From: Coprobacillaceae bacterium
Lineage (GTDB): Bacteria > Bacillota_I > Bacilli_A > Erysipelotrichales > Coprobacillaceae
Reading direction: 5' to 3'
Assembly (NCBI GenBank): GCA_963675915.1
Contig: OY780959.1
Location: 30,001 to 62,000, forward strand
Length of the DNA: 32,000 nt
Of the stretch, positions 25,514 through 32,000 are shown piece by piece. Numbering within the stretch: position 1 is the stretch's first letter; every line of letters starts with the position of its first letter. A model generated the notes under the pieces. The model made no database searches. It had not been told where the DNA came from and worked only from the letters and a program-made list of their open reading frames with translations. The translations under genes were made by a program, and so were the position numbers.

Positions 25514-27452
25514 AACTATTGCAGGACGTTATGAAATAATGGATCTTATCGGTCAGGGAGGAATGGCCGATGTTTATCTGGCAAAAGACAAAATATTAAA
25601 CAGAGTGATCGCGGTCAAGATTCTTCGGACATCTTTGGCGAAAGATCCTCTTTACGTGGCCCGTTTCAAACGCGAGGCCAGTGCCGCGGCCAGCCTTTCT
25701 CATAAAAATGTAGTTGAAATCTATGATGTCGGTGAAGATGGTGATGATTATTTCATTGCCATGGAATATGTCACTGGAGTCACTTTGAAGGAACTGATTC
25801 ACAAGCGTGGAGCGTTGCATGTCGTTGAAGCGATTGATATCTTCAAACAAGTTGTTGCTGGGGTCGCAGCAGCCCACAAACTGGATATAATTCATCGTGA
25901 TTTGAAACCGCAAAATATCTTGGTAACTGACAGCGGAATCGCGAAAATTGCGGACTTTGGGATTGCATCAATGGAATCATTGGCGCAAGTAACCAAAAAT
26001 GACGTTATCATGGGATCGCTTCATTATCTTGCTCCCGAACTATGTCGGGGTGAAAAAGCGACCGCTCAATCGGACATCTATGCTTTAGGGATTGTCCTTT
26101 ATGAATTATTGCGCGGAGAGGTGCCTTTTAGCGGTGACACTCCGGTCAATATTGCATTGAAGCATATGCAAGAGGAAATTCCTTCAATCAGGGAGTTCAA
26201 CTCGACAATCTATCAATCAGTTGAAAATATCATTACCAAGGCAACTGCCAAGAATCTAAACGACCGATATCAGTCAACTGACGAAATGATGGCCGATCTT
26301 CGCAAATGCATGGATGAGCCTGATCAGCCAAAACTGGTCTTCGCAAAAGTTTCCTATGATGACCAACCTACAATTATCGCCTCGACTCAAGCAACCCGAA
26401 AAATGGCTAAGCCCGGAGAAGAAAAAGTGGATGTCCTTTTAAAAGACGACAATCCCAACTTTTTCCAAAAAAACCGTAAAAAGATAATCATCGGGGCAGC
26501 TGTTGGAGCGGTATTGGTCGTTATCGCTTTGATTGCCATGTTACTTGGAGGAAATGATCGCACTTTCCTGATGCCGGATTTGACTGGAAAGACAGTTGAG
26601 GAAGCGACCAGCATCATCGAATCATATGGGGCCACTGTATCCGATGAATATGAATACCAGGTGACTGACGATATTGATGAGGGTCTGGTTTGTGCCACTG
26701 ACCCTGAGGCTCAGAGTTCGGCATCGACTGGAAATGAAATCACTTTGGTGCTTTCATCAGGAATGTATATTGTGGTCGGTGATTATGTCGGCGAGGATAT
26801 CAATGATGTAATTGCCATCCTTGAAGAAGAAAATCTCGATTACAGTATCGAACAAGTCAATTCCGAGCTGGCATCCGGAGAAATAATCTCACAAAGTATC
26901 ACGCCAAATACGAAAATAGATCCGGCCAACGAACCGGAAATAGTCCTGACAGTATCGCAGGGATGGTCAGTTCAGGTACCGAATCTGATCAGCAGGGATA
27001 TCGACTATGCCAAGGACCGCCTTCAAAATCTCGGTTTAACTGTGACTTTGAAGACATTGACCGGTGAAGATCTGACCAATGCCCAGATCGACGATATCGT
27101 CCTTAATACGGTTGTAAGCCAGTCAATCGAACCGGATACTGAAATTACTGAACCGAATACTGAAATCATTCTTGAATACTATGATGTTAGACCAAACAAA
27201 AAAGACGAGTATGAAGTGGTGATGATCAATTATGTAGGTGGCGATGTCATGGAAGCCCGTTCTGATTTGTTGGCTCTGGGATTCGTCGTTAATCTTGAAA
27301 CACTCGATCCGACTGGTCTGAGCCAGCAACAAGCGGCCAACCTCAATGAGGATGAAGTTGTTTCGCAGTCAATTCCTCAAAATACGGTTGTTACAACCAG
27401 GGGAACCCTGATTACATTGTATTATTATGACAGTCTTCCTAATTATGAATAG
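25506..27452 (+). CDS. prkC: Ser/Thr protein kinase with transmembrane helix and four PASTA repeats
   Basis: GQGGMADVY, HRDLKPQN, DFG and APE kinase motifs. One TM helix (IIIGAAVGAVLVVIALIAMLL) is followed by 4 PASTA-like repeats. GGAGG lies before ATG 25506, with an 8-nt overlap with prpC. Confidence 0.93.
   Translation: MARTIAGRYEIMDLIGQGGMADVYLAKDKILNRVIAVKILRTSLAKDPLYVARFKREASAAASLSHKNVVEIYDVGEDGDDYFIAMEYVTGVTLKELIHKRGALHVVEAIDIFKQVVAGVAAAHKLDIIHRDLKPQNILVTDSGIAKIADFGIASMESLAQVTKNDVIMGSLHYLAPELCRGEKATAQSDIYALGIVLYELLRGEVPFSGDTPVNIALKHMQEEIPSIREFNSTIYQSVENIITKATAKNLNDRYQSTDEMMADLRKCMDEPDQPKLVFAKVSYDDQPTIIASTQATRKMAKPGEEKVDVLLKDDNPNFFQKNRKKIIIGAAVGAVLVVIALIAMLLGGNDRTFLMPDLTGKTVEEATSIIESYGATVSDEYEYQVTDDIDEGLVCATDPEAQSSASTGNEITLVLSSGMYIVVGDYVGEDINDVIAILEEENLDYSIEQVNSELASGEIISQSITPNTKIDPANEPEIVLTVSQGWSVQVPNLISRDIDYAKDRLQNLGLTVTLKTLTGEDLTNAQIDDIVLNTVVSQSIEPDTEITEPNTEIILEYYDVRPNKKDEYEVVMINYVGGDVMEARSDLLALGFVVNLETLDPTGLSQQQAANLNEDEVVSQSIPQNTVVTTRGTLITLYYYDSLPNYE
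27129..27170 (+). repeat. Two-copy 21-bp in-frame tandem repeat inside prkC
   Basis: GAACCGGATACTGAAATTACT / GAACCGAATACTGAAATCATT, encoding EPDTEIT-EPNTEII at the end of the third PASTA repeat. Confidence 0.8.
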
Positions 27453-27462
27453 GATGAAAAAA

Positions 27463-28341
27463 ATGGATAAAGGAAAAATAATCAAATCCCTGGCCGGTTT
27501 CTATTATGTTCAAACAAAAGACGGCAGTGTAATTGCTTGTCGTGCCCGGGGAAAATTCCGCAAGGATGAAATCAAGCCCTTGGTCGGTGATCTGGTGGAA
27601 TTCGACCACCGGACCCACGATGAGGGTTATATTCAAAAGATCCTGCCGCGGAAAAACAGTCTCTCACGACCGGCTATTGCCAATATCGATCAGGCGATTC
27701 TGGTCAGTTCCATCAAGAATCCGGATTTCTCGAGTATTCTTCTGGACAAGTTCATCATCACAATGGAACATAACCTGATCAAACCGGTTATCTGCCTGTC
27801 TAAATCGGATCTTGGAATCGATAAACAGATGCAGGATACAATTGACAGTTATATCCGTTCCGGTTACCAGGTCATCCCGTATTCTTCAAAAGATAAAACA
27901 GGTATTGACAAAATCGCGTCAATCCTAGAGAATAAGATAAGCGTAATCACCGGCCAATCAGGTGTCGGTAAGAGTACTTTGCTCAATCAACTCAATCCAA
28001 CCCTGGATCTTGAAACAAACGAGATTTCCAAGGCCTTGGGCCGAGGTAAGCATACCACCAGACATGTTGAGTTGATGGAAGTTGCCGGCGGACTGGTCGG
28101 TGACACTCCGGGATTCTCGTCTTTGGAACTTACCTTGACGCCAAACGAGTTGGCGGTGGCCTGTCATGATTTCGATGAACTTAGCGCCAATTGCAAGTTT
28201 AGAGGATGTCTTCATGACCAGGAACCTGATTGTGCAGTGAAGCAAGCAGTAGAAGCTGGGGAAATTTCCCGGGAAAGATATGATAATTATCTAGTATTTT
28301 TAAAAGAAGCAAGAGAAAGGGATGAAAAGAAATATGGTTAA
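27463..28341 (+). CDS. rsgA: Ribosome small subunit-dependent GTPase A
   Basis: OB-fold N-terminus (GFYYV...GDLVEF), circularly permuted GTPase motifs (SKSDL...GQSGVGKSTL...DTPGF) and a C-terminal zinc knuckle (C..F.GC.H..EP.C). The start is ATG 27463 or 27454. Confidence 0.92.
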   Translation: MDKGKIIKSLAGFYYVQTKDGSVIACRARGKFRKDEIKPLVGDLVEFDHRTHDEGYIQKILPRKNSLSRPAIANIDQAILVSSIKNPDFSSILLDKFIITMEHNLIKPVICLSKSDLGIDKQMQDTIDSYIRSGYQVIPYSSKDKTGIDKIASILENKISVITGQSGVGKSTLLNQLNPTLDLETNEISKALGRGKHTTRHVELMEVAGGLVGDTPGFSSLELTLTPNELAVACHDFDELSANCKFRGCLHDQEPDCAVKQAVEAGEISRERYDNYLVFLKEARERDEKKYG

Positions 28342-28984
28342 AGTTGCACCGTCTTTATTAGCGGCAAATTTTGGTAATTTGGCTTGGGAAATAGCCAAGG
28401 TGGAAAATGGAGGAGCTTCATGGCTTCATTACGATGTTATGGATGGTCATTTCGTACCTAACATCTCATTTGGTTATTCAATTCTTGGCGATGTCAAAAA
28501 AGTCACTTCATTGCCACTTGATGTTCACCTGATGGTTGAAGATCCTGGTGATTTTGTAGAAAAATTTATTGAGAATGGTGCAGACTATATTACTTTCCAT
28601 GTTGAATCGATGGCAAGTGAACGCCAAATCGCGCGTCTGATCGATTACCTTCATATCAAAGGTGTAAAAGCCGGACTTTCAATCAAGCCTGACACGCCGG
28701 TAAGTGCGATTGAACCATACCTGAACAAACTTGATCTGGTATTGGTGATGTCGGTTGAACCGGGCTTCGGCGGTCAAAAATTCAATCCGGTTGCGGTTGA
28801 GAAAATCGCCCGTCTGGCTGAATTGAAAAAAGATAAGAATTACAGTTACGTAATTGAGGTTGATGGTGGAATCAACAATGAAACCATTGATCAGGTCAAA
28901 GATGCCGGGGTTGAAATGGTTGTTGCCGGATCATATGTGTTCGGTTCGCCAAATTATCAACAGGCGATTGATTCTTTAAAATAA
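28334..28984 (+). CDS. rpe: Ribulose-phosphate 3-epimerase
   Basis: APSLLAANF...HYDVMDGHFVPN...HLM...MSVEPGFGGQKF...DGG motifs. There is an 8-nt overlap with rsgA. Confidence 0.95.
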   Translation: MVKVAPSLLAANFGNLAWEIAKVENGGASWLHYDVMDGHFVPNISFGYSILGDVKKVTSLPLDVHLMVEDPGDFVEKFIENGADYITFHVESMASERQIARLIDYLHIKGVKAGLSIKPDTPVSAIEPYLNKLDLVLVMSVEPGFGGQKFNPVAVEKIARLAELKKDKNYSYVIEVDGGINNETIDQVKDAGVEMVVAGSYVFGSPNYQQAIDSLK

Positions 28985-29574
28985 TGAAAATCGGGATTGT
29001 TGGGGCCGGTGATTGCATCGAACTTGAGCGTGATCTCGAATATATTGCAGTCGACAATGGGTTGGCGTATCTTAAAAATCAGGGGATTGAACCCAAACTG
29101 GTGATCGGTGATTTCGATTCTCTTAAAGATCTTTCCTTGTTGGAGCAATATCATGCGATTGTCCTGCCTAAAGTAAAAGATGATACCGATATGCATATCG
29201 CCTTGCAAAAAGCGATTGAACTTGGTTACGATGAAATCTATCTTTTTGGAGTTACCGGAGGTCGACTCGACCACTTTCTTTCGGTTTTGAATCTGCTCTA
29301 CAAGTACCAGGACTACAAGATCATCATCCAAGACGATCAAAACACTATTTATTATGCCCGGGAACTGTATAATGAAATTGATCTTGGTGATTACAAGTAT
29401 TTTTCGCTTTTTAGTCTCGAGGACACTTGTGTTACAGTGAAAAATGCCAAATACCCTTTGGAAGATTATTGTCTTAAAATCGGAGACACCCTCTGTGTTT
29501 CCAATGAGGCTCAAGGCAAGGTGGAAATAATCGCCACCGGAGGCTTGTTCATAATTTTATCAAACGACAGATAG
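28984..29574 (+). CDS. thiN: Thiamine diphosphokinase
   Basis: GDFDS motif, a DDTD segment and GGRLDH, in the conserved position after rpe. The start overlaps the rpe stop (TAATG). Confidence 0.85.
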   Translation: MKIGIVGAGDCIELERDLEYIAVDNGLAYLKNQGIEPKLVIGDFDSLKDLSLLEQYHAIVLPKVKDDTDMHIALQKAIELGYDEIYLFGVTGGRLDHFLSVLNLLYKYQDYKIIIQDDQNTIYYARELYNEIDLGDYKYFSLFSLEDTCVTVKNAKYPLEDYCLKIGDTLCVSNEAQGKVEIIATGGLFIILSNDR

Positions 29575-29596
29575 CTTGAATGTTATCTGTTTTTTT
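29567..29596 (+). terminator. Rho-independent terminator ending the gmk...thiN cluster
   Basis: ACAGATA-(10 nt)-TATCTGT followed by TTTTTT. The stop codon lies in the stem. Confidence 0.65.
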
Positions 29597-29610
29597 GTTT
29601 GGAAAGACGT

Positions 29611-29646
29611 AAAAAACCCTGATGAAATTTCATCAGGGTTTGACTT
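29611..29646 (-). terminator. Rho-independent terminator of the ribonucleotide reductase gene
   Basis: 13-bp palindrome AACCCTGATGAAA/TTTCATCAGGGTT. On the minus strand it is followed by TTTTTT, 6 nt after the stop. Confidence 0.8.
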
Positions 29647-32000
29647 TTATCTTACCGGGCAGACACCGGATTCACAGCCGTCATTTCCAATATCCAATTC
29701 CTGTTCCTGTTTTTCATATTTTTTAAGCAGGCTTGGCACGAACGGCAACATTTTATCAACTCGACGCTGATATTCCTTTTCGTCGATTGCCTCATATGGA
29801 AGCAGTTGGTAGAAGCTGTCGTCAAGTGACAGGAATGAGAGGGCGACCGTTTCTTCCCAATGGTCATAGACCCATTGTTCGACGTCATCCCATTCGTTTT
29901 CGCGAACATGGACGGTTATCGAGCAGTTATGGTCGACGTAGTTATCCATGAACATTTTGTAGTTTTCCAACTGTTCAATGGCACTGACGTCGTATTTGGT
30001 TTTCCCTTCCGGAGCTTTGACCGGGAATTCGATGACTTTGGTAGTGCAGTCTTCCTCGGTTTGACCGACTTCCGGGAAAATCGGATAATTCAATTCTTCG
30101 CAGACTTTAACCAGCGGATCGGTCGCACTGATGCGGACCCTGCGGATATAGTAAGGAGAATGCGAGTAATGAACGCCGCTGGAAACCGTAGGAAGTTGGG
30201 AAAGGGTTCCTTCCGGTTTGACAGTTGTCACCAGCAGTGGCGCGTTTTCGCTTAGCTGTTCAGCGTATTCTTCAACCGCTTCATGGGCAATCTCGCGCAT
30301 TTTTTTGAGGATTTCAGCCTGTTGTTCTCTTGAAAGGTTGGCCTTATTGACAAAATCTTGCCATCCGGTCATTGAACAGCCAACCAATTTATCACGTTGT
30401 TGGACAGTGTTCCAGGCCGGAAGCTCCAATTCGGTGCAGGTCATCCGATAACCGGCACGCGCCGACAATCTTTGGGCCTGATACAACCCTTCGTAGTCGA
30501 TTTTGCCTTCATCATCGACAAATGAATAGACATTGACAGTAGTCAGGTTGCATAATCCTTTCGAGTCAAGCAGAATTTCTCCACACGGATTAACTCCGTT
30601 CATGTTAGGACGGCGTTTGGCCCCGGCAATTTCATTGACCCATCCCGGCTCACCGGAATAACGCATTTGTTCAATTTGCCAATGAAGCTGTTCGCGCGAT
30701 GGTTTGTCGCGATAGTAGATCGAGTTGTTTGACATTTGACGGTGAATGATATCTTTGTCGACCAGCCATTGCCCGTCAATCTGTTTGTAAAGGTTGCTTT
30801 TGGCTTCAATACACTCCTTGTCATCGGCGTCAACAAGCACGATTTCCGCAGTCCGGCGCACTCCACCGACAACAACATTTTCACCGATGATATTGGCAAT
30901 ATCAAGGCAGTCAATCGGCATCAGTTTGACGAGGCTGTAATGATCAAGCACACCCCTTTTTTTGATGACGGTGACAATTTTTTCAAACATCGCTTTGATC
31001 GAGTTGTGACCCGAAGCCGTCCCCCCGAAGGTTGATAGACGCTCCCCTTGAGGTCGGACATTTGAATAGTTGATCACGATTGTCTTGATTTCCCGATATT
31101 CACGGGCATAGAGGATTTTAAAGAAGAAATCCAAAGCCTGAGTCCAACCTTCTTTGGAATCACCGATAATGATCCGAGCAATGTTTTTCTGGTTGAAAAA
31201 CAGTGAAGTTGAATCTTCGCGCTGCTGTTTCTTGATTGGGGTGTAGTCTTCGTGAATCACTTCGAAATCAATCCGTACCTTCGGCAATTTGGCAACGTCG
31301 TCTTTAAGAATCCGAACTCCGACCCCCGAACCGATCATCAACAGATAAAAAAGATCTTTGAAGGCTTCGAAATTGTCGATTACTTCAAAGGCGCAGTTGT
31401 AATTGGCCATCGGATAGTAACGGGAAACATCGGTTCCACCAACCCAGAAAGTCCGACCGCTTAAAAATTGGCGCAGGTTGAAGATGTTTTCAAACAGCTG
31501 CTGGGCTTCCTTGCGGGTGGTTGGGACTAAAGAACAGTTGTATTCGACTGCCCGGGCCACGGTTTCCCACCAGTATTCGCGGCGGCTCTCTTCATCAAGC
31601 CAACGGGAATAGGTCCGGTAATATACAAAGTTTCCCAGTTGCTGCAGCGGTGACTGGATATGTTTGTACTTGGAAATGAATTCATCGCTTAAAAGTAAAT
31701 TGGAATTGTCGCGGGAACGTTTCTCCCGGGATTTGTCGCGCTCGTACCGGTAAATCATGTAAACTTTGGCGACATCCTTGCGTGATGATGACATCAACTG
31801 CTGCTCGACGATATCCTGGATGATATCCACACTAAAAGGTGAATAATAATCCTGAAGGATGGCTTCGACCTCATTGGTGATGTCGGCTGCCAACAATTCG
31901 TCGATCCCTTTTACAGTTTCTCCCATCGCGTTAATAATGGCGTTGTAAATTTTTTCCTTATGAAAAGGTGTGATAGTATTATTTCTTTTAATAACGTCCA
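29647..32000 (-). CDS. rtpR: Adenosylcobalamin-dependent ribonucleoside-triphosphate reductase (class II, monomeric RTPR type) with N-terminal ATP-cone; 5' end outside the window
   Basis: Colinear with Lactobacillus leichmannii RTPR as I recall it: FGGTASG, NPCGEI...CNL, TVKPEGT, and a C-terminal CESGVCPVR redox tail. The frame stays open upstream of the annotated Met to the window edge (DVIKRNNTITPFHKEKIYNAIINAMGE), which reads as an ATP-cone start. Confidence 0.9.
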   Translation of the reverse strand, partial: DVIKRNNTITPFHKEKIYNAIINAMGETVKGIDELLAADITNEVEAILQDYYSPFSVDIIQDIVEQQLMSSSRKDVAKVYMIYRYERDKSREKRSRDNSNLLLSDEFISKYKHIQSPLQQLGNFVYYRTYSRWLDEESRREYWWETVARAVEYNCSLVPTTRKEAQQLFENIFNLRQFLSGRTFWVGGTDVSRYYPMANYNCAFEVIDNFEAFKDLFYLLMIGSGVGVRILKDDVAKLPKVRIDFEVIHEDYTPIKKQQREDSTSLFFNQKNIARIIIGDSKEGWTQALDFFFKILYAREYREIKTIVINYSNVRPQGERLSTFGGTASGHNSIKAMFEKIVTVIKKRGVLDHYSLVKLMPIDCLDIANIIGENVVVGGVRRTAEIVLVDADDKECIEAKSNLYKQIDGQWLVDKDIIHRQMSNNSIYYRDKPSREQLHWQIEQMRYSGEPGWVNEIAGAKRRPNMNGVNPCGEILLDSKGLCNLTTVNVYSFVDDEGKIDYEGLYQAQRLSARAGYRMTCTELELPAWNTVQQRDKLVGCSMTGWQDFVNKANLSREQQAEILKKMREIAHEAVEEYAEQLSENAPLLVTTVKPEGTLSQLPTVSSGVHYSHSPYYIRRVRISATDPLVKVCEELNYPIFPEVGQTEEDCTTKVIEFPVKAPEGKTKYDVSAIEQLENYKMFMDNYVDHNCSITVHVRENEWDDVEQWVYDHWEETVALSFLSLDDSFYQLLPYEAIDEKEYQRRVDKMLPFVPSLLKKYEKQEQELDIGNDGCESGVCPVR

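Noticed and set aside
1-32000. CRISPR arrays, tRNA/rRNA genes, prophage or defence-island signatures
   Set aside because: I noticed no regularly spaced direct repeats, no cloverleaf-like GC-rich segments in the intergenic regions, and no clusters of unknown genes. All intergenic gaps over 100 nt are AT-rich promoter or terminator regions or IS ends.

Overview
This looks like a core chromosomal segment of a low-GC, cell-walled Bacillota-type bacterium using the standard genetic code. I could not narrow the taxon further by eye. All product calls rest on motif recognition from memory, since no searches were possible.

About 30 protein genes are dense and mostly housekeeping:
- alkA-like glycosylase and an orphan 187-aa protein
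- prfC
- a 4-gene operon: small ORF, degenerate P-type ATPase homologue, RluA-type pseudouridine synthase, flavodoxin/ferredoxin fusion
- infC-rpmI-rplT with an L20-leader-like attenuator and an AUU start
- uppP, a small SRPBCC-like ORF, nagA, and a YfcE-type phosphoesterase
- a membrane-anchored NlpC/P60 hydrolase with four Ig-like repeats
- a two-ORF ISL3-type insertion sequence
- nnr, then pgeF and rqcH (overlapping)
- a compact Bacillus 'ylo'-type cluster: gmk-priA-rsmB-rlmN-stp-prkC-rsgA-rpe-thiN
- a convergent, 5'-truncated class II (B12) ribonucleoside-triphosphate reductase with an ATP-cone

I saw no rRNA, tRNA, CRISPR array or recognisable defence island, and no convincing multi-gene novel system. 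The most unusual items are:
- an intact P1B-ATPase scaffold with every catalytic and metal-binding motif degraded and the N-domain missing
- the IS insertion with related subterminal hairpins and a Cys-rich accessory ORF
- an orphan pseudo-receiver/wHTH-like protein
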